From Abditibacteriota bacterium (GTDB lineage: Bacteria > Armatimonadota > UBA5829): DNA of 64,000 nt. Shown here one piece after another: positions 29,491-38,899 of the stretch. Position numbers and translations under genes: made by a program. How positions within the stretch are numbered: position 1 is the stretch's first letter; every line of letters starts with the position of its first letter. The DNA lies in the NCBI GenBank assembly GCA_017445025.1, contig JAFSVJ010000090.1, forward strand, positions 156-64,155, given 5' to 3'. The notes under the pieces were generated by a model. It did no database searches, was not told the origin of the DNA, and saw nothing but the letters and a program-made list of their open reading frames with translations.

Positions 29491-31247
29491 ATATAGAAAG
29501 AGTTCAGAAAAACAGAATAATTGCTTTTATGGTTATAGTCATAGTCTTGTTTTTGGCTTTGGCGGGAAGGCTTTATTATCTTCAAATAATCAAAGGAGCC
29601 GAATATAATCAAAAGGCAATTAATAACAGAATAAAGCTGGTGAAAACTCCCGCACCAAGGGGTCCCATTATTGACAGAAACGGTATTGCTTTGGCAGATA
29701 ATGTGAAAGCTTATGTGGTGGACGTGATTCCGGATGAAATGGAAAAGGAACCGGCGGCTCTGGAACTTTTGTGTGACATACTTAATATGAACGCAAAGGT
29801 TTATTATGATATAATTAAGGAAACCAAACCGCGTCCCGGCTATCCCGTGAGAATAGCTACAAATGTGACCTTAGACCAGATTATAAAAATAGGGGAAAAC
29901 AGGCATATTCTCAAAGGGGTTTCCGTAGATAACACTTATGTCAGGTCCTATCCTCTCAAAAATAAAGCATGCCATATTACAGGTTATACAAGAGAGATTT
30001 CCAAAGAAGCCCTTGAAGAAGCTCGTGAAAAGGGACTTAAATACAGACCCGGAGATAACATAGGTGTGGCAGGTCTTGAAAAGTATTACGAACAGGAACT
30101 GAGGGGGGTTGACGGTGGAAAAAGGCTTATGGTCAATGCTCAAGGTCAAGTTGTTAAAGTTTTGAAAGATATGCCTTCAGAGCAGGGAAAGACTTTAAAA
30201 TTATCCTTGGATACTAACTTGCAGTCCGTGGCAATGTCAGCTTTGAGCGGAAAGGTTGGAGCAACCGTCGCAATTGACCCAAATAACGGCGAAATTTTGG
30301 CAATGGTGTCCAATCCGACCTTTGACCCAAATATGTTCACGGAAGGGCTAAAAGCCTCAGATTGGCGAAAATTGAGCCAAAATCGGGGGCATCCTTTGCA
30401 GAACCGTTTCATAGGATCCTATTATCCTCCCGGCTCAGTTTTTAAACCTATAATTGGTATCAGTTGTTTGGAGAATGGGGTTTCTCAAACTTCCACTTAT
30501 GCCTATTGTCCCGGATATATTCGTTTGGGAGGATATAAGAAAGGGTGTTGGGCAGCCCATGGTGGAGTGGATTTTTACAGAGCTATTTCCATGAGTTGCG
30601 ATACATGGTTTTATAAACAGTCTATGAAATTGGGAATAGAAAGATTATATAAAACCGCCACAGAGTTTGGTTTAGGGCAACCTACGGGAATTGATTTACC
30701 GGAAGAAGTTATACGAAACGAAAAGGCCGGTAATTTCCCAAGTAAAGAGTGGCACAAAAAGGTTCATAAGAGAGAATGGGTTATCGGTGATACCTTGAAT
30801 GTGAGTATAGGTCAAGGTGATGTCCTTGTAAGCCCTCTTCAAATGGCTGTGGCAATAAGTGCTGTTGCCAATGGTGGGACAGTTTATAAACCTCATTTGC
30901 TTAAAGAGATTATAGACCCCAAAACAGGACAAGTGACCAAAAATGAAATAGTTGTAAACAGCAGAGTTGAAGCAAAGGATGAAAATTTTAAAATAATGCG
31001 AAGTGCTATGGAAGGTTGTGTCCGAGGGGGAACGGGACGGCCTTGTGCTATAAGCGGTGTGCGAGTGGGAGGAAAAACCGGGTCTGCGGAAGCAACCGGT
31101 GGTAAGGCTCACGGTTGGTTTGTGGCCTTTGCTCCTGTGGATAACCCCAAAATAGTGGTGGCAACCATAGTAGAACATGGTGGAAGCGGATCCGGAGCCG
31201 CAGCCCCTGTCTGCAGAGCTATGATAAAACAGTATTTGGGAAAGTAA
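29487..31247 (+). CDS. mrdA: Penicillin-binding protein 2 (elongasome transpeptidase)
   Basis: 586 aa with an N-terminal TM anchor, GRLYYLQI, SxxK (GSVFKP) and KTG (GGKTGSAE). Confidence 0.9.
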   Translation: MNIERVQKNRIIAFMVIVIVLFLALAGRLYYLQIIKGAEYNQKAINNRIKLVKTPAPRGPIIDRNGIALADNVKAYVVDVIPDEMEKEPAALELLCDILNMNAKVYYDIIKETKPRPGYPVRIATNVTLDQIIKIGENRHILKGVSVDNTYVRSYPLKNKACHITGYTREISKEALEEAREKGLKYRPGDNIGVAGLEKYYEQELRGVDGGKRLMVNAQGQVVKVLKDMPSEQGKTLKLSLDTNLQSVAMSALSGKVGATVAIDPNNGEILAMVSNPTFDPNMFTEGLKASDWRKLSQNRGHPLQNRFIGSYYPPGSVFKPIIGISCLENGVSQTSTYAYCPGYIRLGGYKKGCWAAHGGVDFYRAISMSCDTWFYKQSMKLGIERLYKTATEFGLGQPTGIDLPEEVIRNEKAGNFPSKEWHKKVHKREWVIGDTLNVSIGQGDVLVSPLQMAVAISAVANGGTVYKPHLLKEIIDPKTGQVTKNEIVVNSRVEAKDENFKIMRSAMEGCVRGGTGRPCAISGVRVGGKTGSAEATGGKAHGWFVAFAPVDNPKIVVATIVEHGGSGSGAAAPVCRAMIKQYLGK

Positions 31248-31248
31248 A

Positions 31249-31588
31249 GCACAATGCACAATGCAAAATGAAAAATGCAAAGTTAAATGCAGAATGCAAA
31301 ATAATTGTGGGGCTTCGCCCCATTTTGATTGGTGGATTCTAAACTTTGTAGTCGCCCTATGAAAATCGCACGCCACCTTTTCCCCATAAAATTCCGTGAA
31401 TTTTGGGGATATGTCAGGCGAAGCCTGACAGGGGGGCATCTCACTAATGCTCATTGTCGCTCTATACAATTAAGACGCCACCATTCCCCCCTTTTTAAGG
31501 GGGGACAAAGGGGGGTATATTATTCATTCTGCATTTTATTATGCATTTTGCATTTTGCATTTTTTATTTAAATTTGCAACGCAAATTT
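31249..31588. repeat. Mosaic hairpin-repeat element with AATGCAA-type heptad termini
   Basis: The left array is GCACAATGCACAATGCAAAATGAAAAATGCAAAG..GCAGAATGCAAAAT followed by the hairpin GTGGGGC-ttc-GCCCCA. The interior has TGTCAGGCgaaGCCTGACA and CCCCCCtttttaaGGGGGG. The right array CATTCTGCATTTTATTATGCATTTTGCATTTTGCAT is the inverse of the left. Confidence 0.75.
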
Positions 31589-32666
31589 ACAAGCTGTCGC
31601 CTATAATTATTTTTGATTCAATGAGGAGGTGCTCTTCGTCACCTATTCCGTCTATTTGATTTATCAGTATATTATACATTTTATCCACAACCAAATCAAT
31701 ATCAAGTTCAAATCTGGTCCAAGTTAAGGGGAAACCATAGTTTCTGTTCTTGTTGGTCCAGCAAATAATTTTTAGATCCTCAGGTATTTTTAAACCCAAA
31801 TCTATAATTACTCTGTGTATTTCGGATATAACCGAATCGTCACCTATAAATATTGCATCTAAGTCCGGATTATTTTTGTAATAATTTTTGAAAGTGTCGT
31901 AAACATCTCCGTAGACGATGGCTCCCGCATCCAAATTGATAATATCTATATTGTTGTAGGAATTTTTAATGTCTGTGAGGGTGTCTTTAATATGATTGTC
32001 TTTTTTTATGGAAAAATCGTTTTCGTTGAGAGAGTGAGAGGTAAAATCCATATTGATAATACATATTTTCTTTGCCTTGTGGCTGAGAAGAATGTCTATG
32101 CACTGTCTGAAAACGGAACATACATCCACAATTACTTCATTTCTTCCCGGTGTCACGATGGTTGAGAGGGAAACAGTGGGTATTTTTCTGCGTTCAAACT
32201 CTTTTAGGGGGAACCAACCTATTGTGTTAAGAACCCCAATAGTTCTGTTGAGAAGGGTGGTGTCGTTGAGAACCGACATACTGTCCATAAAGGCTTCAAA
32301 GGTTTTGCCCACACCGGTGGCAAGCTTGAAATTGAAATCCTTCTTTTCCAAATATTCTTGAGATTTTGTCATAATGGCAGCTTCCAGATAGCCTCCCGCA
32401 TAATCGGACATGTGACGAGCGGAGCCTATGGTTAAGATGGTGCCTTCTCTTTTGGAACATATAGCTGAAACCACGGTGCCGGTTTTGGTTTTGCGAGTGA
32501 TGATACCTTGATCCACTAAGGGTTTAAAGGCTTCCGATAAGGTGAACTTGCTGACCCCAATCTCCTTGGCAAGGTCAATGGTGTTTGGTAATATATATCC
32601 TACCTTCCATTCTCCGGAAAGAATTTTGTTGCGAATATAATTTTCTGCGTATTTGGTTTTATTCAT
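31587..32666 (-). CDS. GntR-HTH / PBP1-like domain transcriptional regulator
   Basis: N-terminus GYILPNTIDLAKEIGVSKFTLSEAFKPLVDQGIITRKTKTGTVV. It is the third paralog of this architecture in the window. Confidence 0.75.
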   Translation of the reverse strand: MNKTKYAENYIRNKILSGEWKVGYILPNTIDLAKEIGVSKFTLSEAFKPLVDQGIITRKTKTGTVVSAICSKREGTILTIGSARHMSDYAGGYLEAAIMTKSQEYLEKKDFNFKLATGVGKTFEAFMDSMSVLNDTTLLNRTIGVLNTIGWFPLKEFERRKIPTVSLSTIVTPGRNEVIVDVCSVFRQCIDILLSHKAKKICIINMDFTSHSLNENDFSIKKDNHIKDTLTDIKNSYNNIDIINLDAGAIVYGDVYDTFKNYYKNNPDLDAIFIGDDSVISEIHRVIIDLGLKIPEDLKIICWTNKNRNYGFPLTWTRFELDIDLVVDKMYNILINQIDGIGDEEHLLIESKIIIGDSL

Positions 32667-32994
32667 ATTATCCTGTTATTTTTATTTAATTTATGGTTGT
32701 TTATAATCAATTATCCTAAAGATTAATTATCTTGCTATAATTATTATAACAGGATAATACTTTTTTTGCAAGTTTAAGAATAATTAGATGCTAAAATTTC
32801 AGTTAAATTAACCTTATTTCGGGCTTATAATTTGCGTTTTTTTTTATATTATAATATATATGGTGAACTAAAATTCGTAAATAACGAAAATAGAGCCGTT
32901 TTTGCAAAAAAACCATTAATTGGTAAAGACTTCCGACAGTTAAAAAATATTTTTAAAAATAGCTGTTTTATTGAAGTAAAATTTGATTTGTTTG

Positions 32995-33003
32995 TGTTAT
33001 AAT
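32995..33003 (+). promoter_or_regulatory. Extended -10 (TGTTATAAT)
   Basis: It lies 32 nt upstream of the 33035 ATG. No clear -35 is present. Confidence 0.45.
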
Positions 33004-33034
33004 ATATATGTAAAACATATATTAGAGGTGATTT

Positions 33035-34783
33035 ATGAAAAAATATATTTTAGTTATACTATTATTGAGTTTGAGTATTTTGGCTTTTGGCGAAAGTTTT
33101 CCGGGAGAAATTGTAAACGGGGAGTTGACTTCTTATAGTTTTAATTCTTCTAAGATAGATTTGTTTAAGATTGGCGTAGATATTATTTCTATAGGACCTA
33201 AGGCATTAAGTAATAAAAAGTGTAAAGAAATTTCGTTACCTTTTACTGCTGTTTATTTTAAAGAATATTGTTTAAGTGATTGTCCGAACTTAAAATATGT
33301 TTTTTTTCCCGCTTTAACACAATATATAGATGATACGGCTTTTTATAATAACAGATTAGAAAAATTTGGAATAATGAAAATGATTGCTTATAAGGATCCG
33401 GATTTAATTAGATTTGGATATTTTTATATAGGTTGGAAGTTAGGATTAATATCAGAACTTGAATTTAATAATGAAATGTTAAACCGAGATAATAATGATA
33501 GATTAAAAGAAGTTGGAATTACTCCTCTTGATACTAATTTAGGTAAATATAATCAATTGACCAATCAGATTTTGGTTAAATATACTGTTATTGATGATGT
33601 ATTATATACTGTTTTTGAAGACAAATTAGTTTGTTATCCTGCTTGTAAAAAAGATAATAAGTATGAAATATCAAAGAAAACAAAAGAATTGGGAAAAGTA
33701 GCTTTTGCAAATTGTCAATATTTAGAAGAGTTGATAATTCCAATAGGTGTGACCAAAATTTATGATACAACTTTTGAGGGATGTGAGAATGTGAAATTTA
33801 TCGTTGTTAAGAATTCAGTTGCACATAAATATTGCGAAAGTCACAATTTAAATTTTGAAACAATAGATGGTGGCTCTCAAGATTTAGATCAAAGTGACAA
33901 TGCAAAAGATGATGCTATAGATAATCAAGAGAAAAAAACAAATGATATTAATGAATTAAAAGATACCGAAAAAGAAACAACCGAAGAGCCGGTAAAAGAA
34001 GCTAAAACTATAAAAACTGAGAGTAAATCAAATAATACCTCCGGTCCTTCTTGTCCAGATAATCCTTTTTATGATAATCTTCATTCTTTTATAGATAAAG
34101 AAGGGAATGAAATATCAAAAGACAGGATACTCTTGGAAAATAATTTTATTGAAGATAGTGGTTGGCTGAAAGATTTAGATGAAGATAATGTTGATGAGAA
34201 TAATTATGATCGTATATATACAGTATTAAACTCATTGGTTCAAAAAAATGCAATAAAGAATAAGAAAATAACTGATCTATGGACCGGACCAAAATGTTCC
34301 TTTGATGCATTAAGTGTTGTGGGCAACAAAAATTTAAAATATATAAAAATTGATCCGAATGTTGAAGATATTGATGAAGATGCTTTTCAAGACAATCCAA
34401 ATATAGAACTGTTTCATGTTTGTGTTGTAATGAATAAGGTTAATACAAAAAACAAAAATGTTCTTACAAAAAAATATATTGATATTGATGGTGTTTTATT
34501 TAAGAAAGATGAAAGTAAAATTCAAAAGAGTGGTCAATATCTCTTATTTTACCCGGTTGCAAAAAAAGATGAGTCTTATGTTGTTCCGGATAATACTGAA
34601 AGAATTTGTAATTCCGCCTTTAGAGATGCGAAAAATCTAAAAACTGTTACAATACCAAAATCTGTGACAGAAATAGGAAATAATGCTTTTCACGGAACAA
34701 AAATAACTTTAATTGTGACTAAAAACTCTTATGGAGAAAAATTTGCTAAAAGCAAAAAAATGAAATTTGAATATGCAAAATAA
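33035..34783 (+). CDS. Secreted BspA-type leucine-rich-repeat (LRR_5) protein
   Basis: It has a signal peptide, repeats of the type IP.gVt.I...aF..C.nL..v, and a central acidic/Lys-rich linker. Confidence 0.8.
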   Translation: MKKYILVILLLSLSILAFGESFPGEIVNGELTSYSFNSSKIDLFKIGVDIISIGPKALSNKKCKEISLPFTAVYFKEYCLSDCPNLKYVFFPALTQYIDDTAFYNNRLEKFGIMKMIAYKDPDLIRFGYFYIGWKLGLISELEFNNEMLNRDNNDRLKEVGITPLDTNLGKYNQLTNQILVKYTVIDDVLYTVFEDKLVCYPACKKDNKYEISKKTKELGKVAFANCQYLEELIIPIGVTKIYDTTFEGCENVKFIVVKNSVAHKYCESHNLNFETIDGGSQDLDQSDNAKDDAIDNQEKKTNDINELKDTEKETTEEPVKEAKTIKTESKSNNTSGPSCPDNPFYDNLHSFIDKEGNEISKDRILLENNFIEDSGWLKDLDEDNVDENNYDRIYTVLNSLVQKNAIKNKKITDLWTGPKCSFDALSVVGNKNLKYIKIDPNVEDIDEDAFQDNPNIELFHVCVVMNKVNTKNKNVLTKKYIDIDGVLFKKDESKIQKSGQYLLFYPVAKKDESYVVPDNTERICNSAFRDAKNLKTVTIPKSVTEIGNNAFHGTKITLIVTKNSYGEKFAKSKKMKFEYAK

Positions 34784-34801
34784 AAAGGAAGGTGATTCTT
34801 C

Positions 34802-35965
34802 ATGTTTAAAAATATAGTTAAAATTAGTTTATTATTAATTGCTTTGTTATATAGTTCTGTTGTATTTTCTTATGACAGCGAAAACTTCTTTGTTGATATT
34901 ACGCCGAGGGATCTTATAGATTTTTGTTTGGACGGAAAAATAAATCCTGCAATTCTTGATGATTCTCAATTATTAACTATTATTTCTTATGATAGAAAAG
35001 CTTTTGCTCAAATGCTTATAAAGGATGCTTATAAAAATTATCCAAATAGGTATATAAATAAGTATGGAGCATTGGTAATGCAAATAGATGAACAAAATGC
35101 TAATGAAGAGGCACAATTACGTTATAATGCTTTGTATAATAAGACTTGTCTTGTTAATAATCTTTATCGAAAGATACATTTTTTAATTAATCACGACGAT
35201 AAAATCGTTCAAGATGATGAGGATACTATTTTTGCGGAATGGGAAGTCCTTGAAAATGGAATAATTATTGATTATAAGGAAGACCAAAAAACTTTGGGAT
35301 ATGGTTGGAAAAAAATATATGCGACCCTCAATAATCCTATAAAAGAAGGTGCAATAAAGAATACACATATTACACATTTATTAACAGAGGCTAATTGTGA
35401 ATTTGATACTGAAAGTGTTGTTAATAATAAAGATTTAAAATTTGTATTAATACAGAGTGAAATTACTAATATAGATGAAGATGCTTTTAGAGATAATCCT
35501 AATATTTTAGTGTATCATGTTTGTGGTGCTAAGTATTATAGTAATGTTCATAAATATGATTTAAACTATATAGAAGGAAGACAATTAAGTTGCGTTGATG
35601 ATACTGTATCTCCGGCTGGTATCTTGGTCAAAAGTGCAATGAGAAAAAGTTTGTTTTATTATTTAAAACCTTATGCTAAATATTATGATATTAACGGAGT
35701 TTTATTTACTAAAAACGGTTTACAATTATTATTTTATCCAATAGGGAAGAAAGATCAATCATATAAGGTTCCCGATGGTGTGACTAATATTGGTAATTCT
35801 GCTTTTAGAAGTGCCAAGAATTTAAAAACCGTCACTGTTCCGGCTTCCGTTAAAAGTATAGGTGACGAAGCCTTTTTTGGAACAAATTTAACTTTATTTG
35901 TTAAAAAAGGTTCTTATGCAGAAACCTTTGCTAAAGAACATAAAATAAAAATTAAAAACTATTAA
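34802..35965 (+). CDS. Secreted BspA-type LRR protein, tandem paralog
   Basis: The C-terminal ~200 aa are collinear with the upstream gene (..NIDEDAFRDNPNI..LLFYPIGKKDQSYKVPDGVTNIGNSAFRSAKNLKTVTVP..). Confidence 0.75.
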   Translation: MFKNIVKISLLLIALLYSSVVFSYDSENFFVDITPRDLIDFCLDGKINPAILDDSQLLTIISYDRKAFAQMLIKDAYKNYPNRYINKYGALVMQIDEQNANEEAQLRYNALYNKTCLVNNLYRKIHFLINHDDKIVQDDEDTIFAEWEVLENGIIIDYKEDQKTLGYGWKKIYATLNNPIKEGAIKNTHITHLLTEANCEFDTESVVNNKDLKFVLIQSEITNIDEDAFRDNPNILVYHVCGAKYYSNVHKYDLNYIEGRQLSCVDDTVSPAGILVKSAMRKSLFYYLKPYAKYYDINGVLFTKNGLQLLFYPIGKKDQSYKVPDGVTNIGNSAFRSAKNLKTVTVPASVKSIGDEAFFGTNLTLFVKKGSYAETFAKEHKIKIKNY

Positions 35966-35985
35966 ATATAATTTAGGAGAAAAAT

Positions 35986-36360
35986 ATGGCAAGAATATGT
36001 CCTGAGTGTGGGTATCCAAATCCCGACGGTAGAACTAGTTGTTTTAGATGTAATACTGATATAAGTGATGACAGAATGTTTAGAGAAAGTAATGAAAGGC
36101 AATCAATGTTTTTTAAAGATTGTTTCTCCTTTTGTTATCCTTCAATAAATGATAAAAGGGGATTGTTAAGAGCCATAAATATTATGGTATTGACTTTCTA
36201 TATTTTGTTTATTTTAACTATTGTATGTGGTATTACTATTGCTGTTAAGGAAGATAGATTAATTAGAGATATTGGTAATTCAACCAATAATTCAACTAAT
36301 TCAATAATGCCTCCTATACTTCCGGATACTCCATTTAATCCTTACGGAGGTGGATATTAA
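35986..36360 (+). CDS. Zinc-ribbon domain membrane protein
   Basis: The N-terminus has CPECGYPNPDGRTSCFRC, followed by one TM helix. Confidence 0.6.
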   Translation: MARICPECGYPNPDGRTSCFRCNTDISDDRMFRESNERQSMFFKDCFSFCYPSINDKRGLLRAINIMVLTFYILFILTIVCGITIAVKEDRLIRDIGNSTNNSTNSIMPPILPDTPFNPYGGGY

Positions 36361-36584
36361 TGAATACTTTGTTTGGTAATATTCCAATATGGACTTTTAT
36401 AATATTCTTTATAGTTTCTTTATTTATTTTGGGAATATCTATATTCTTTAGGTTTTTGTATAATGTTTTGCAATTAATGATGCAAATAAATAATCAATTA
36501 ACAAATTTAGGAGAAGATATTCAATCTATAAAACAAAGTTTTGAAGGTTCAAATTCAACAGAAAATGAAGAAACTGAAGAATAA
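36360..36584 (+). CDS. Small membrane protein
   Basis: 74 aa with one TM helix and an acidic tail. The ATG overlaps the upstream stop (TAATG). Confidence 0.5.
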   Translation: MNTLFGNIPIWTFIIFFIVSLFILGISIFFRFLYNVLQLMMQINNQLTNLGEDIQSIKQSFEGSNSTENEETEE

Positions 36585-36602
36585 TATAAAGTTATTAAAT
36601 TA

Positions 36603-36625
36603 GGAGCCTCTCGGCTCCTTTTTTT
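36603..36625 (+). terminator. Rho-independent terminator
   Basis: GGAGCC-tctc-GGCTCC followed by T7. Confidence 0.8.
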
Positions 36626-36640
36626 ATCATTTTTATTTCT

Positions 36641-38842
36641 TTATTTTTCTATTATTCTTGCTTCTTTAGGTGGGAGGGTGAGAGGTCCTATGTCCATAAA
36701 TGCAATTGAGGTTTCACTGTCTTTCAAAGTGGCCTCTTGGTCTGTTAGGTTGGTTATGCAGTAGAACTTTTGGCCTTTTTCATTGGTTAAAAGGTCTTGG
36801 CGGATGCCACAGTTTTCATAATCAAGGGTGACGTAATCTTTTAATAGGTCATAGACAAAGGTTTTAAAATCACCCTGAGGATTCTTTGTATAAGCGTCAG
36901 CTTTGGCGTCTTGCCAATAGCCTGTGGGATTAAGAGATTGTCTCTCAAACTCTGCCGCAAAGAGAGAGCCCATACAAATTACCGCACCTTCTCCCAATTG
37001 TTTTTTTACAATCAAAGGTTTATCCTTATATGTTCCTAAGACTTCCAATCCTTCTCCCACATATTCGGCATAACGTTTATAGCCTATCAAATCCATATCT
37101 TTATATTTGACGGGAAATTCTTCGCTACCTATGTTGCCAAAGGTTTTCATAGCTTTTGATACATCGTCCGTAGCGTCTTTTTTTGATTGGTTTTCAATAT
37201 CTCTTTCGAGATGGATAGGAGATGTGGTATGGATTTCAAAAATATCCACAAAACAGGCTATGTTTGAACCGTTGCTTTGAGATAATCTGTTATAGAAAAT
37301 ATCATAAGCACCAAAGTGGGATTCCGTAACTAAAATGCCCCCTCTCTTCACAAAGTCGGCGAGTTTTCTTGACAAAGTGGCAGACAGAGCATAGACATAG
37401 GGCATAATCAGGACCTTAATGCTCTCATCTATCCCTTCAAGAACTTCTCTGTCATTGATATAGCAAAGGTTTCCGCTCATGGCATAGAGAGTTTTGGTCC
37501 ACCCGTTTATTGAATTTACCAAATCATCTATGTTTTTATTAATACAGAATTGGACAATGTCATTGGATGTGGATTTGTATATTCCTATTTCCGGCTTTTT
37601 TGGCATTGCCTCTAAAAGTCCTTTGTCAAAGAGTTCTCTCAGATATTCTCCGGTTTCTTTGGCACCTATGTATGATTTATCCTCTTTTAACATGGAATAG
37701 TCATTGTCACTGGTGACTCTGGCAGCCAAATAGGTATATTCGTTGTTGTAAGGGTTCAGTCCCCATGCGGGAGCTTCCACACCTAAGGTTTCACTGTCAA
37801 ACTGCCAATGTATAAATCCTTTTATTCCCAATCCTACTTGAGGAATGAAAACATTGAGAAAATCTTGTTTATTTAAGTGTTTGGCATACATGGCGGCAGA
37901 TCCGTATCTCAAATGACTTTCCACATTATAACAAACCTTTCCTTTAGCAGAGGAAGTAGTTTGTAAAGGTTGAGTGGGAAAACCGTTGGTGGTGCCGGCA
38001 AAACAATCACAAGGGAGGCTCATTTCAAAATCGTCCACTCCCGTGAGAGAGTTGAAACAGTCCCCTGTGTTAGGCACTGGGTGGAGATATACAGGGTGGT
38101 TTTTGTCTATTTCCTTAGCTATTTCTACCCTTGCTTTGGCTTCCTTTGCCATGGTTTCAAGAGCAAAGAGCCTATAATCCAAAAAATCACCTATGGTTTC
38201 TCCGGTCCTCGGCAACTCTACTTCTGAAAAATCTATGTAGCATCTTCCCCATTTATTATTTAGGTTGTTTATATCTTTATATTGAATTTTCAGCCAATCA
38301 ATAAAGGCCTTTTTGCAATTATCACAATAACAAAACAGGTTTTCTAATTTTGGAGCTCTCTTGGATAAATTATGTTCCGGCTCATTCCACATATCCCACA
38401 TAAACATGGCAGGGTGGTCCTTATATCTGTTTATCAGTTGTTTAATAAATTCCATTCTGCACCTAAAGGCTTCTTGGTGGTTGTAGCAAGGGCCCGGGTA
38501 GCCTCCTATTTGTCGACAGGAAACTTCTCTTTCTATAAACACTTGACCGTTAATATCAACAGGTCTGCAATCCGGATATTTTTCATAAATGTAAGAAGGG
38601 CAAACATCACAAATAACATTTATGGTGACTCGCAAGCCAAAGCCTTTGGCAAGTTCCATAAGAGCATCCAAATCACCGAAGTAAAATTCTCCCTCTTTCC
38701 TCTCTGACCAACGCCATTGTGCCCAAAATTTCACATCTGTGAAGCCGGCAGCTTTCAATAGTTTTAAATCTCTTATCCAAAGTTCAGCCTTTGGAGTAGG
38801 AGCTCTGTAATACTGAGCCCCGTATATAAATGGAAAATTCAT
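36641..38842 (-). CDS. Glycoside hydrolase family 42 beta-galactosidase
   Basis: 733 aa with the N-terminal TIM-barrel pattern (YYRAPTP..W..D...LK.AGF), the catalytic-region WNEPE and the Cys cluster CYCDNCKKAFIDWL typical of GH42. Confidence 0.8.
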   Translation of the reverse strand: MNFPFIYGAQYYRAPTPKAELWIRDLKLLKAAGFTDVKFWAQWRWSERKEGEFYFGDLDALMELAKGFGLRVTINVICDVCPSYIYEKYPDCRPVDINGQVFIEREVSCRQIGGYPGPCYNHQEAFRCRMEFIKQLINRYKDHPAMFMWDMWNEPEHNLSKRAPKLENLFCYCDNCKKAFIDWLKIQYKDINNLNNKWGRCYIDFSEVELPRTGETIGDFLDYRLFALETMAKEAKARVEIAKEIDKNHPVYLHPVPNTGDCFNSLTGVDDFEMSLPCDCFAGTTNGFPTQPLQTTSSAKGKVCYNVESHLRYGSAAMYAKHLNKQDFLNVFIPQVGLGIKGFIHWQFDSETLGVEAPAWGLNPYNNEYTYLAARVTSDNDYSMLKEDKSYIGAKETGEYLRELFDKGLLEAMPKKPEIGIYKSTSNDIVQFCINKNIDDLVNSINGWTKTLYAMSGNLCYINDREVLEGIDESIKVLIMPYVYALSATLSRKLADFVKRGGILVTESHFGAYDIFYNRLSQSNGSNIACFVDIFEIHTTSPIHLERDIENQSKKDATDDVSKAMKTFGNIGSEEFPVKYKDMDLIGYKRYAEYVGEGLEVLGTYKDKPLIVKKQLGEGAVICMGSLFAAEFERQSLNPTGYWQDAKADAYTKNPQGDFKTFVYDLLKDYVTLDYENCGIRQDLLTNEKGQKFYCITNLTDQEATLKDSETSIAFMDIGPLTLPPKEARIIEK

Positions 38843-38856
38843 AATTAAATCCTTTA

Positions 38857-38884
38857 TAAAAAAAGCCCTCTTAATAAAGAGGGC
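38857..38884 (-). terminator. Rho-independent terminator after ackA
   Basis: On the minus strand: GCCCTCTT-tatt-AAGAGGGC followed by a T-run. Confidence 0.7.
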
Positions 38885-38899
38885 ATTAAAATCATAAAA

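Noticed and set aside
30696-31469. 257-aa minus-strand ORF overlapping the 3' end of mrdA and the repeat element
   Set aside because: It is antisense to a well-supported PBP2 gene and extends into repeat DNA. Its composition is not protein-like.
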